Positions 11,479 through 23,509 of a stretch of 64,000 nucleotides of DNA are shown here, piece by piece (position 1 is the first letter of the stretch; each line of letters opens with the position of its first letter). Position numbers and translations under genes: made by a program. Under the pieces are notes generated by a model that was not told where the DNA came from, did no database searches, and saw only the letters and a program-made list of their open reading frames with translations. The DNA is from Macrostomum lignano (taxonomy: Eukaryota). The stretch spans positions 186,001-250,000 of the forward strand of contig NIVC01000237.1 in NCBI GenBank assembly GCA_002269645.1. The letters are read 5' to 3'.

Positions 11479-13159
11479 GGTGTCATTATAAAAAAGCGGC
11501 AACGCTAGAAGTACAGTTGTTGTTATCTAAATTGATTTCTCAAAGATGTGCTTGTTTGCCCAGCGCTGAATGGAGTTCTGCCATAGACAAAATCGGTTGG
11601 AGAAAAATCTCTCGAGAGAAGCCACAATTCAGTGAAACTTCGCTAGAACTTCGCTTCCTTGCCAGTCTCCAGTAGCAGTTCATTTAACAATGTATGATTA
11701 TCGAGACCGGCCTCGACGCTATGGCAGTTGTGTGTGAAGCGTGACCTCTCGATAGTGGAATTGTGTCTATTTTCGTCCAAAAACCAATTCAAAACGGCTA
11801 GGACACAACTTCCCAGACGTGAATTGTTCACTAAGTGATTCTAGGGATTTGTGTCATAGGCATTTTCCACTTGGCGCAAGCCAAATGATGGCCATAGACT
11901 AAACGTTTGGAACGAAAAGCTAAGCGGAACAGTCTGAAATTACCATAGACGAAACATGTTAAATGAAGTTGTGGTCTTATAAGCTGGAACTCTGCAGCAG
12001 AGGATACATGTTCCTGTTTCTTCTGTTTGCCCTAACCTCTGTACATGCCACTCATACGAATGATAAATTGGTCGAATTTGCCGATTGAAAGCATTTAAGG
12101 CTTGAATGGAAATGAGGTCAACTTTCTCAGCGACTTGAGTATAGGTGGACGTGACGAGGCGAATGACGAAGAGTTGATGGAGTCCATCCGGATTCATTGA
12201 ATGCGGTAACGATGATGCTCTGCCACCACTGCCAAGCAAAGAAGAGGCTTGCCCCGAGGATCCCATGCGGAACAAACCATGCAATTCGGCCGATGCGAGT
12301 GAAAAAAATATCCTCGCAAACGCTTGACCATAGACTATATGACCATATGACCATAGACTATATGACCATAGGCTTGACCATAGACTATTCGCAAATAAGC
12401 AATCTGTTGTATTCAGCTGTTTCGATGCCTGAAAGGCGCGCAAAAATTTACTTAGTTCACAATTTCCGTCGACACAATCGTTTGTGGCCCAAACGAAACT
12501 AGGCACAATGGCAGTTTGATAAACGTGCGCACTGAACCAGTGGTATTTTTGCCTTAACCTCTTTGTTTCAACCTTTTCAGTGCTGCAATACAGCTAGCAA
12601 ATTAAGCAATTGTGAGCTGCAGCTATTTGCAAAAGCAATTAATTAAAAACTGTTCGAAGCACTGCTCAATTTGAATAGCCAGGCATCTCGACTCTGCTTG
12701 GCAAAACGGCTTTTAGTGCGCCTGGCAACCGAAATTGCTTTCGCTAAAAGGCTGATTGAAGAGCGCGGTTAGCATATTTTTCAGAACAATACTGACGATG
12801 GAGACGCAAAGTCTGACTCTGGATTTTGTGCATTAACAAAAAGATTTTTTTTAATTTTCATTTTCAGTTAAACAAAATTTTGAAACGCAATTATTTAAAA
12901 GAGAACTTGCGATGTCATGGCTCATGATGGAGTTGCTGAGATGTGCTGCCTGTGCTCTTGACGTAGATCTCGCATCCCCTCCCCTAGCCAACAATCTGTG
13001 ATTGAACAACAGCGAGAGGCGCCAGTCAAATCTTTCCCAGCTTCCCCTGGCAACGCCCTCAAGCACATAAAAACCAATTTGCAATTTTGCGCCGCTCTTA
13101 GATCTGCTTTTAATAATTCTGACAAGATTAAATTTGCAAGCAGTGAAATTTTAACTGCA

Positions 13160-14174
13160 ATGAAGCTGCCGATTCTGCTGCTGCTGCTGCCGCAAATCCT
13201 TCTGGCGTCTCACGGGCTGCAGCGCCAAGCTGAGTTCCGCCGGCTGAGCAGCGCCAACGGCTCGGCAGCGCCGCTGCGCTTTCACTTGAGTGGCGACAGC
13301 TCCGCCATTTACTGCGGAAGTCGCTGCGCTGAGCTGGCCGACTGCTTTGGGTTCGCCTTCGTCAGGCTGCTCTGCCGGCTGTTCACCTTCGATGCGTTCT
13401 TCGACACCTGGACGGCCTCCGAGCCGGGGACCGCCGTTTTCACCCGGCCGCTCAGTGAGTCTATATGGATATCCTTAGTGCTGAAAGCAATGCAATTCAG
13501 GATTGATAAAACCAGCGCCGAGGCAATTCTGACCATTTCGCTGACCCTTGAGCACGATGCATGTACACCCTTGAGCACAATGCATGTACACCCTTGAGCA
13601 CAATGCATGTACACCCTTGAGCACAATGCATGTACACCCTTGAGCACAATGCATGTACACTCTTGAGCACAATGCATGTACACCCTTGAGCACGATGCAT
13701 GTACACCCTTGAGCACATGGAATCGATCAGTTATAACTTCAAGCATACAATTTATTAACCTGCTCAGATATGGTCCAGCTGCCGATGCAGAGCTGCTCTC
13801 AGAGTTCAGTATTTGATGACGGCGTCTGCTCCCGAGCAATCGACGGCAACACTGATCAAGATCTAACCCGAGGCTCCTGTACCCATACCGGCTGCTGGCC
13901 CAGTATGCGGCAGTGGTGGACCGCCAACTTCTCTGCTGCATCGTTTGTCTCTTACGTGATCATCTACAACCGGGTGGACTGCTGCTCAAGGAGGCTGGAC
14001 GCATTCTCCATCCTACTGGATGGAGTGAGCTGCGCTGAGAGAAACGAAACGTTCTCATTCTCGGTCGGCAACTTCACGTGCGGCAGATTCGGCAGTCAAC
14101 TGACTGTGCTCAACAGCCCGGCAGAGTGCCTGAGCATGTGCGAGCTTAAAGCCTATGGCTTCAGGTTCCCTTGA
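13160..14174 (+). CDS. Secreted PAN/apple-like + F-type lectin (fucolectin) domain protein, join(13160..13454,13768..14174)
   Basis: Signal peptide MKLPILLLLLPQILLASHG. PAN-like CGSRCAELADCFGFAF...CRL. F-lectin motifs QSS...RAIDGN...CTHT...WW...YNRVDCCSRRL (H...RxDxxxxR). Donor a|gtgagt at 13455, acceptor ctcag| at 13767, phase 1. Confidence 0.85.
13545..13716. repeat. Intronic minisatellite, 23-bp GCATGTACACCCTTGAGCACAAT
   Basis: About 7 copies in the lectin intron. Confidence 0.95.
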
Positions 14175-14509
14175 AATTCAAATTGCATTGGGATTTTTCC
14201 CAGAGATTTATTTATGACTAAAAGTGGAACCTAATTTAGGCTGTCAAGCAATTGTGAGCAAAATATAACGGCCTCATCATAACGCAATCTCTATTGTGAA
14301 GCAGACAGGTAGAACCTGCCTGTCAACCTTTTTGTTCAACTTTGATCACCCACACCGGGGCAGAGCAGCTCGTAGCGGCAACCTCATCTGCCTCTCGCGC
14401 CCCGACCCCTGGTTCGATTTCCTGTGCAGTCAACATTCATTTGGGGCTTGTGCGCGCGAAATTGGCCGGTGGCTTGTCGTGCGATTTACAGCCATTAGGG
14501 CCAATCACA

Positions 14510-15675
14510 CTCCCATTCTCTTCCACTCCCTTCTCTCCCACTCCCACTCTCTCTCACACTCCCTCTCTCCCACTCCCTCTCTCCCACTCCCTCTCTCCCA
14601 CTCCCTTCTCTCCCACTCCCACTCTCTTCTCTCCCACTCCCTTCTCTCCCACTCCCTTCTCTCCCACTCCCTTCTCTCCCACTCCCTTCTCTCCCACTCC
14701 CTTCTCTCCCACTCCCTTCTCTCCCACTCCCTTCTCTCCCACTCCCTTCTCTCCCACTCCCTTCTCTCCCACTCCCTTCTCTCCCACTCCCTTCTCTCCC
14801 ACTCCCTTCTCTCCCACTCCCTTCTCTCCCACTCCCTTCTCTCCCACTCCCTTCTCTCCCACTCCCACTCTCTCTCCCACTCCCTCTCTCCCACTCCCTT
14901 CTCTCCCACTCCCTTCTCTCCCACTCCCTTCTCTCCCACTCCCTTCTCTCCCACTCCCTTCTCTCCCACTCCCTTCTCTCCCACTCCCTTCTCTCCCACT
15001 CCCTTCTCTCCCACTCCCTTCTCTCCCACTCCCTTCTCTCCCACTCCCTTCTCTCCCACTCCCTTCTCTCCCACTCCCACTCTCTCTCCCACTCCCTTCT
15101 CTCCCACTCCCTTCTCTCCCACTCCCTTCTCTCCCACTCCCACTCTCTCTCCCGCTCCCTCTCTCCCACTCCCTCTCTCCCACTCCCTCTCTCCCACTCC
15201 CTCTCTCCCACTCCCTCTCTCCCACTCCCTCTCTCCCACTCCCTCTCTCCCACTCCCTCTCTCCCACTCCCTCTCTCCCACTCCCTCTCTCCCACTCCCT
15301 CTCTCCCACTCCCTCTCTCCCACTCCCTCTCTCCCACTCCCTCTCTCCCACTCCCTCTCTCCCACTCCCTCTCTCCCACTCCCTCTCTCCCATTCCCTCT
15401 CTCTTCTCTCCCACTCCCTTCTCTCCCACTCCCTTCTCTCCCACTCCCTTCTCTCCCACTCCCCTCTCTCCCACTCCCACTCTCTACATCTCCCCTCTCT
15501 CCCACTCTCCTCTCTCCCACTCTCATCTCTCCCACTCTCTACCTCTCCCACTCTCTCCCACCCCCTCTCTCCCACTCCCCTCTCTCCCACTCCCCTCTCT
15601 CCCACTCCCCTCTCTCCCACTCCCCTCTCTCCCACTCCCCTCTCTCCCACTCCCCTCTCTCATTCCCCCCTCTCT
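14510..15675. repeat. Pyrimidine-rich array, 15-bp CTCTCCCACTCCCT(T/C)
   Basis: Read directly; left flank of the LINE fragment. Confidence 0.95.
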
Positions 15676-15699
15676 CATGAATTAAATTAAAACCTGCTA

Positions 15700-17050
15700 C
15701 GAAGCCCTTTAAAAGGTGCAGGGACGTGCGTGCCGCATGATCCTGAATGCCCCGCTCTCTGCTCCCTTTGACGGCCTCTCAACGCTTTTCTCTGCCTCCC
15801 GCCCCTGGACATCTTCGTCCGTCGCGAGGCTGCTAAAACCACCCGCCGGCTCATCGAGGCTGGCGTTAGCTTCAAGCCACAAAGAGCGATGGCGAAGCGC
15901 AAGCTCCTGCCGCACTCTGACCTGAGCCTTAAAGTTCTGGAGGAGAGCGGGAGTGCGGCTGTCCTTTCGGACGCTTGAGCCGCGCTCCCTCAATCTCTAC
16001 CAACGCTTCAAGGTCACGATCCCTCTAGGGAGAACGCCAACGACAGCTGGGCCCCTCAGGAGGTTGGACTGCTTCACTGGATCCTCCAAAGACGGTTTAT
16101 CCGGTTTTGGAATCTGCATCCTTATCAACGGCCGCGTGATCGCTACTCACGCCCAACACACTGGCAGACTCTCCAGCGTCTTCCAGAACGAAGTCCTTGC
16201 CATCAACTCCTGTGCAGCTGAGCTCCACTGCAGGGACTTCAAGGACAGAAGAATCTTCTTCCACTCTGACAGCCAGGCCGCTTTACAGGCCCTGTGTCAC
16301 ACCACTACGAACTCCCGAACAGTCCGTGACTGTATCGGGCAGCTCAACAAGCTGGCTTGGAGAAACACCGTCCGGCTTACGTGGATCCCAGGACACGCCG
16401 CCTTCAAAGGTAACGAGCTCGCCGACTCCCTCGCTAAGGCAGGCTGTTCCGGCTCGCTCCTTGGCCCCGTGCCCCTGGCCCCCATCCCCGCCACAGTCAT
16501 TAATGTCAGATTAACGACTGGGCGGACATCCTGCACTTGCGCAGATGGGGTGGCATTTCCAACTGCCGCCAATCTCGTGCAGCTGTGCCCAATCCGTCCC
16601 TCAAGCTGCGGAGAATTCTTTTGAACCAAAATCGAAAAGATATCCGCGCTCTCACTATGACCTTCACTGGTCACGGTTGCTTTGCCAGGCACTGCTTCCT
16701 CCGAAGTGTTCGCCGGAGCGAACTCTGCCCCTTCTGCAACCTCGAGAACGAAGACGCCAAGCACTTCGTCTGCTACTGCCCGGCCTTCAACCGAGACCGG
16801 CTCAACCACCTTGGGCCCAACCCGTCCCTAGACGACGCTTGCCGGCCCGAGAACATCCCATGGCTCATCCGGTTCCTCCGGGCCACCAAACGAGCCTCCG
16901 TCTTCCCCACCGAAGACAACGCTGCAGACAGGACCGGCAGACCTCCCTGACCGGCCCCGCGCCCTAGCCTATGCGGGTCTTTCAGGGATTAGCGGAATGG
17001 GCGACGCTCGCCTCCCTGCTGCGTCTTCGGACCGCCCTGCAGCTAAGTCT
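15700..17050 (+). mobile_element. 5'-truncated, degenerate non-LTR retrotransposon (LOA/R1/I-group-like): post-RT linker, RNase H, CCHC knuckle, 3' UTR
   Basis: QGRACRMILNAPLSAP...PPLDIFVRREA (linker). SVFQNEVLAI...SDSQAAL...WIPGH...GNELADSLAK (RNase H). FTGHG...CPFC...EDAKHFVCYCPAF (zinc knuckle). Several frameshifts; the catalytic TDGS reads TGSS. Confidence 0.85.
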
Positions 17051-17056
17051 AAAAGC

Positions 17057-17858
17057 CCCCCTCTCTCCCACTCCCCTCTCTCCCATTCCCCTCACTCCCA
17101 CTCCCCTCTCCCCCACTCTCCCTCTCCCCCACTCCCGCTCTCTCCCACTACCTTCTCTCCCACTCTCTCCCACTCCCCTCTCTCCTACTCCCCTCTCTCC
17201 CACTCCCCTCTCCCCCACACTCCCTCTCCCCCACTCCCCCCTCTCTCCCACTCCCCTCTCTCCCATTCCCCTCTCTACCACTCCCATCTCTCCCACTCCC
17301 ATCTCTCCCACTCCCATCTCTCCCACTCCCATCTCTCCCACTCCCATCTCTCCCACTCCCATCTCTCCCACTCCCATCTCTCCCACTCCCATCTCTCCCA
17401 CTCCCATCTCTCCCACTCCCATCTCTCCCACTCTCTACCACTCCCATCTCTCCCACTCCCATCTCTCCCACTCCCATCTCTCCCACTCCCATCTCTCCCA
17501 CTCCCATCTCTCCCACTCCCATCTCTCCCACTCCCATCTCTCCCACTCCCATCTCTCCCACTCCCATCTCTCCCACTCTCTACCACTCCCATCTCTCCCA
17601 CTCCCATCTCTCCCACTCCCATCTCTCCCACTCCCATCTCTCCCACTCCCATCTCTCCCACTCCCATCTCTCCCACTCCCATCTCTCCCACTCCCATCTC
17701 TCCCACTCCCATCTCTCCCACTCTCTACCACTCCCATCTCTCCCACTCCCATCTCTCCCACTCCCATCTCTCCCACTCCCATCTCTCCCACTCTCTACCA
17801 CTCCCATCTCTCCCACTCCCATCTCTCCCACTCTCTACCACTCCCCTCTCTCCCATTC
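17057..17858. repeat. Pyrimidine-rich array, 15-bp CTCTCCCACTCCCAT
   Basis: Read directly; right flank of the LINE fragment. Confidence 0.95.
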
Positions 17859-17879
17859 CGAATAATGCGAGTATGGATT

Positions 17880-20800
17880 TCGCTAGAGTTGCCCCGGCCC
17901 TCTCCAACTGCAGCGCCATCTGAAGGAAGTTCGTAGCGGTGGAGTAGGGTCTCGAACCCGCGGCCATCTGGTACACTGAGCAGCCAAACGCCCAGATGTC
18001 CGATTTGCGGCTGTACCGCGGACCAGCCGCTGGGTCATCTGGCGCCAGCAGCTCCGGCGCTAGAAAGTTCAACGTGCCCTTTGGTGAAGAAGTAGACGCT
18101 GTCACGCGACTGACAGCTTGTTCAAGTTTGATTGACAGGCCGAAATCGATTAATTTTATGCGATTGTCAGCTAAGCAAACAATCATATTGCTGCAGTTGA
18201 TGTCTCTGTGTATCACCGGCGGCTTCCGGCCGTGCATGTAGCTCAGGGCGCTGCAGATCTGCCGGGGTGGGTGCGCCGGAGTCATTGAAGCTCATTCTAA
18301 CTGCTTCTTTTAGTTTGTTCATGATGAAGGATCCTGGTGCCATTCATTGATCAGATCCTGGTGCCATTCATTGATCAGATCCTGGTGCCATTCATTGATC
18401 AGATCATTGCGCCACTTCTTAATCATATCTTGGCACCCCTTGTTCTCATTCCCAGAATCCTTCCTGTGCGGTGAACTTCTTAATAACAGCTTCATCAAGA
18501 GGCTTGCTGTCGATAAAAGTCTCCAAGCTGCAACCGTCCAGCAGCTCCATGAACAGGACAATCTTGGCGGACTCCAGCTTGGCGATGTGAAAGAATTTCA
18601 CGATATTCGGATGGTCCAGCAGACAGAAGTTTCTCTCGCTCTCCACTACCCTTCTGACCTCTCTGGCTTTGAGATCGTCCTGCATCTGCTGATGCTGCAG
18701 CTGCACTGGCAGCTGGATGGTTTTGGCAGCGCAGCGGAACCGGATATCGGTGAGAACTTCGTGCACCTCGCCGAATCCTCCGCGGCCTAGCGGGCGTTTG
18801 TTGTCCCAGGTGTGGCGGAATGGCCGGCTGCAAAATGAAGCTTATCTTCTTTTAAGAGCTTATTTTTGGAAAATTTGAGAAACTAATTTTTCTGGAAAAA
18901 TGTTCTGCTCTTACGAATCGAGTTTGACGTCGTCAAAGTAGTTCCTGCCTTCGTACATGCGGTTGATTGGGGCAATAGGAAAGTCCTTTAGTTCCTGCAT
19001 ACTTCAGGTTATGTCTTATAATTCAGGTCCCACACCCTTCAGCTCCTGAGATCCCACACCCTTCAGCTCCTGAGATCCCACACCCTTCAGCTCCTGAGTT
19101 CCTACACCCTTCAGCTCCTGAGATCCCACACCCTTCAGCTCCTGATATCCCACACCCTTCAGCTCCTGAGATCCCACACCCTTCAGCTCCTGAGTTCCTA
19201 CACCCTTCAGCTCCTGATATCCCACACCCTTCAGCTCCTGATATCCCACACCCTTCAGCTCCTGAGATCCCACACCCTTCAGCTCCTGAGATCCCACACC
19301 CTTCAGCTCCTGAGATCCCACACCCTTCAGCTCCTGAGGCCCCACACCCTTCAGCTCCTGAGATCCCACACCCTTCAGCTCCTGAGTTCCTACACCCTTC
19401 AGCTCCTGAGATCCCACACCCTTCAGCTCCTGATATCCCACACCCTTCAGCTCCTGAGATCCCACACCCTTCAGCTCCTGATATCCCACACCCTTCAGCT
19501 CCTGAGATCCCACACCCTTCAGCTCCTGAGTTCCTACACCCTTCAGCTCCTGAGATCCCACACCCTTCAGCTCCTGAGGCCCCACACCCTTCAGCTCCTG
19601 AGATTCCACACCCTTCAGCTCCTGAGGCCCCACACCCTTCAGCTCCTGAGATCCCACACCCTTCAGCTCCTGAGATTCCACACCCTTCAGCTCCTGAGTT
19701 CCTACACCCTTCAGCTCCTGAGATCCCACACCCTTCAGCTCCTGAGATCCCACACCCTTCAGCTCCTGATATCCCACACCCTTCAGCTCCTGAGATCCCA
19801 CACCCTTCAGCTCCTGAGATTCCACACCCTTCAGCTCCTGAGATCCCACACTCTTCAGCTCCTGAGGCCCCATCGCTCACTCCAGCAGCAGCTCGACCAG
19901 GTCGCTGCTCCTGTGCTCCCTGGCCAAGTCCAGCGCTGTTCGCCCCTTCCAGTCTTTGAGGCTCCAGTCGGCGCCAGCCGCTAGCAGAGCGGCGCCAACA
20001 GCCGCGCCAGTCGCATCTGGCGCCAGCGCCGCCAGCATCAGCGCAGTGCTCGAGTTGAGATTCGGAGAATTCACCGGAGCGCCAGCCTCCACCAGAGATG
20101 AAGCTGCCACGAAATTGCATCCGCTAGCAGCCAAATGCAAGCAGTTGCCCGAGAACATGTTGCTGGCACAGGTCCCACAGGTCCACGCTGTTTAGATCCG
20201 GGTTCCCTGCCGCCCACATCAGCACCGTCCGGCCCTCGGTGTCCGGTAAGTCGCAGCTGTCCGCCGACGCCAAATTTTTAAGTCCAATTGAATCACCCTT
20301 CTTGGCGAGTGAAATCAGCTGATCGCGGATGGCCGCATCCTGGATTGACGACGGATTGTTTATTATTCAAAGTATTTAACTAAATGGCGCTTGAAATACA
20401 GGTAATGAATGAGTACAGGTAACTTACGAAATGAGACAAGCCGGAGAGCTCGATTCCCCTCAGTACGAGCTGCGTCTCCCAGCAACAGGGAATTGGATTG
20501 GCAGAAATCCGGCTTGTGCTACTTTAAGTAGAAACCTTTTAGTCTCGAGATGGACGGTTATGATCTGTTGTAGAAGGTGGTTGGTTCTGTGGAGTGGTTG
20601 GTGCTGTCGGTGGTGGGTGCTGTGGGGTGGGTGGTTCTGTGGGGTGGGTGGTTTCTGCAGGGTGGGTGGTTCTGTGGGGTGGATGGTTTCTGCAGGGTGG
20701 TGGGTTCTGTGGGGTGGATGGTTTCTGCAGGGTGGTGGGTTCTGTGGGTTGTGGGTGCTGTGGGTGGGTGCTGTGAGGTGGTGGGTGCTGTAGGTGGGGG

Positions 20801-21752
20801 GTTCTGTAGGGTGGTGGTTTCTGTGGGTTGTGGGTGCTGTGGAGTGGGTGGGTTCTGTGGGGTAGTGGGTTCTGTGGGGTGGTGGGTGCTGTGGGGTGGG
20901 TGGGTTCTATGGGGTAGTGGGTTCTGTGAGGTGGTGGGTGCTGTGGGGTGGGTGGGTTCTATGGGGTAGTGGGTTCTGTGGGGGGGTGGGTGCTGTGGGT
21001 GGTGGGTGCTGTGGGTGGTGGGTGCTGTGAGTGGGGGATGCTGTAGGGTAGTGGGTTCTGTGGGGTGGTGGGTGCTGTGGGGTGGGTGGATTCTATGGGG
21101 TAGTGGGTGCTGTGGGTGGTGGGTGCTGTGGGTGGTGGGTGCTGTGGGTGGTGGGTGCTGTGGGTGGTGGGTGTGTGGCACGAACAAGTCCTGCTATCGA
21201 CCAGCTCTTTCGCACCAGCAGCAAATGCCACAGCCTCGGCCTTACCGCTGAATATCCTTAGCCAGTTCTGGGAGACCGCAGCGAGCCGCCACACCCATGG
21301 CAGTGCGGCCGTCGAGATCCGTCAGCTTCAGCAGCCGCTTTCGGGTCTTGTCGGCCCGCCTCTCGCAGTCGCCGCAGTGCCTGGCCTCGCGCAGCAGGTG
21401 CAGAAGGTGCTTGGCGCACCTGCGGCTGCCAGACCGCGCCGCCTCAGTCAGCGGGGCGGCGCCTTGCTTGTTCTGCAGCCACTTGGCGTCGAACCGGAGT
21501 AGAGCCAGCACTCGCAGGTGGTCCCGCCTGGCCGCCAAATTCGCGGCCGTGTTGCCAGCCTCGTTCTTCGCTGTCGGGTCCGCGCCCAAGTGTAGCAAGT
21601 ACTCGATGCACTTTCCTGCCTCCGGTGATGAGCCGGAAGGGTCGGCCGCCCACGTGAGGACGGTGCGGCCGGTCTGGTCGGTGGCCGCCGCCAGCTGAGG
21701 AGTCAGGCGCTGCGGAGCTCGCTGAAGTCGCCTTTGGCAATCAGCTGGGCTC
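17880..21752 (-). CDS. Ankyrin-repeat + Ser/Thr protein kinase (STE/MAP3K-like domain), with apparent lesions
   Basis: Exons ~21752-21246 (ANK: DQTGRTVLTWAA, GNTAANLAA), tentative ~20522-20428, 20340-19881 (ANK: EGRTVLMWAA, TALMLAA), ~19001-18915, 18827-18464 (LGRGGFGEV, AAK, FMELL), 18258-~17880 (HRDINCSN, DFG, GTLNFLAPE, SDIWAFG). Frameshifts near 21710 and 20180; the donor at 18463 reads GA. Start and kinase C-terminal end unresolved. Confidence 0.7.
18328..18400. repeat. Intronic 24-bp repeat GATCCTGGTGCCATTCATTGATCA x3
   Basis: Read directly, in the kinase-domain intron. Confidence 0.9.
19025..19872. repeat. Intronic minisatellite, 24-bp CCCACACCCTTCAGCTCCTGAGAT (~35 copies)
   Basis: Read directly. 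Confidence 0.97.
20575..21180. repeat. Intronic G/T-rich degenerate array (GGTTCTGTGGGGTGGT / GGGTGCTGTGGGTGGT)
   Basis: Read directly. Confidence 0.9.
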
Positions 21753-21829
21753 CTGATTTTGGATTCGGTGGGTGATTTTGCATCAGATGTTCCTAAAAGT
21801 CTCTAATTCGGAGTTGAGAGGTTACAAAA

Positions 21830-22860
21830 CATCAGAATCCCACACCCCAGAATCTCACACACAAGAATCCCACACCCCAGAATCCCACACACAATAATCC
21901 CACACCCCAGAATCTCACACACAATAATCCCACACCCCAGAATCTCACACACAATAATCCCGCACCCCAGAATCTCACACACAATAATCCCACACCCCAG
22001 AATCTCACACACAATAATCCCACACCCCAGAATCTCACACACAATAATCCCACACCCCAGAATCTCACACACAATAATCCCGCACCCCAGAATCTCACAC
22101 ACAATAATCCCGCACCCCAGAATCTCACACACAATAATCCCACACCCCAGAATCTCACACACAATAATCCCACACCCCAGAATCTCACACACAATAATCC
22201 CACACCCCAGAATCTCACACACAATAATCCCGCACCCCAGAATCTCACACACAATAATCCCACACCCCAGAATCTCACACACAATAATCCCACACCCCAG
22301 AATCTCACACACAATAATCCCACACCCCAGAATCTCACACACAATAATCCCGCACCCCAGAATCTCACACACAATAATCCCGCACCCCAGAATCTCACAC
22401 ACAATAATCCCACACCCCAGAATCTCACACACAATAATCCCACACCCCAGAATCTCACACACAATAATCCCACACCCCAGAATCTCACACACAATAATCC
22501 CACACCCCAGAATCTCACACACAATAATCCCACACCCCAGAATCTCACACACAATAATCCCGCACCCCAGAATCTCACACACAATAATCCCACACCCCAG
22601 AATCTCACACACAATAATCCCACACCCCAGAATCTCACACACAATAATCCCACACCCCAGAATCTCACACACAATAATCCCGCACCCCAGAATCTCACAC
22701 ACAATAATCCCACACCCCACACCCCTGAATCCCCACACCCAGAATCCCACACACAAGAATCGGCCACACCCAGAATCTCACACACAATAATCCCACACCC
22801 AGAATCCCACAACCCCAGAATCCCACACCCAGAATCCAACACCCCAGAATCCCACAAATT
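21830..22860. repeat. Minisatellite, 30-bp AATCTCACACACAATAATCCCACACCCCAG
   Basis: About 30 near-perfect copies, decaying at the edges. Confidence 0.97.
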
Positions 22861-23149
22861 ATTACCTTTAAATCGTTACCATTGACCTCCATCGCTGCAG
22901 GTGACCAAGAGGCAAAACCGTAGTTTTTATTATAAAATTTCACGGGCCAAGAAAGCGTGCAGCATGCAGTTGAAAACCTCGAGCTTGCACAAGAATTTAT
23001 AGCCATTGGAAAGATCCTAAATAGATTTTTTCCACTCTTACTACTACTAGATAAGTAGAAAGGAAATATTGCTTTAATCAAATTAAAAAAACAAAAAACT
23101 GTCTTAACTTGGTTGTACTAGCGAACTAGCTCATATTCATGAATATTAA

Positions 23150-23460
23150 TAATAATATTAATATTATTTGATTTCACTTATTCTAATGAGCAAATTTGCA
23201 ACCGACAGCTCAACCGCAGCTATTGCGCGGCGCATCTGAAGGCTGCGTACGGCTGTTCAGTCCAAGGACTGGGGGGTCGCCACACACAGCCTCAATTACC
23301 CCAGCTAATGCTGGCACCCATTTTACATCTGGGTAAACTGAAGCAATATGTAGAGTTGGGTGTCTTGATCAATGACACAAACTGTTCCAGTGTAATCGGG
23401 AATCGAACCCCCGACCTTCAAGTCGCGAGTCCGACGCTCTAACCACTAGACAACAACCCC
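23150..23460 (-). mobile_element. tRNA-headed SINE with a CORE (MIR-type)-like central domain
   Basis: Minus strand reads GTCTAGTGGTTAGAGCG...GGTTCGATTCCC (A/B boxes), then GTGTCATTGATCAAGACAC...CTTCAGTTTACCCAGATGTAAAATGGG, resembling the CORE consensus. AT-rich tail near 23150-23170. No TSD found. Confidence 0.6.
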
Positions 23461-23509
23461 TCACAAACAAGGGGTTGTAGTTGTGAATATAGCAGGCATT
23501 TTTATAGTG

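Noticed and set aside
10668-11502. ORFs of 120-270 aa (SLSASLSVPV..)
   Set aside because: Translations of a 14-bp array, not proteins.
11540-12840. Fragmentary ORFs that may be an old transposon
   Set aside because: No recognisable domain motif in any frame; cannot be supported without a search.
14296-17936. SHSLL/PTPFS/WERRE low-complexity ORFs
   Set aside because: Translations of CT-rich arrays flanking the LINE.
19016-19873. QELKGVGS x35 ORF as a coding repeat exon
   Set aside because: It follows a stop or donor and lacks phase-compatible splice sites; treated as intron pending cDNA.
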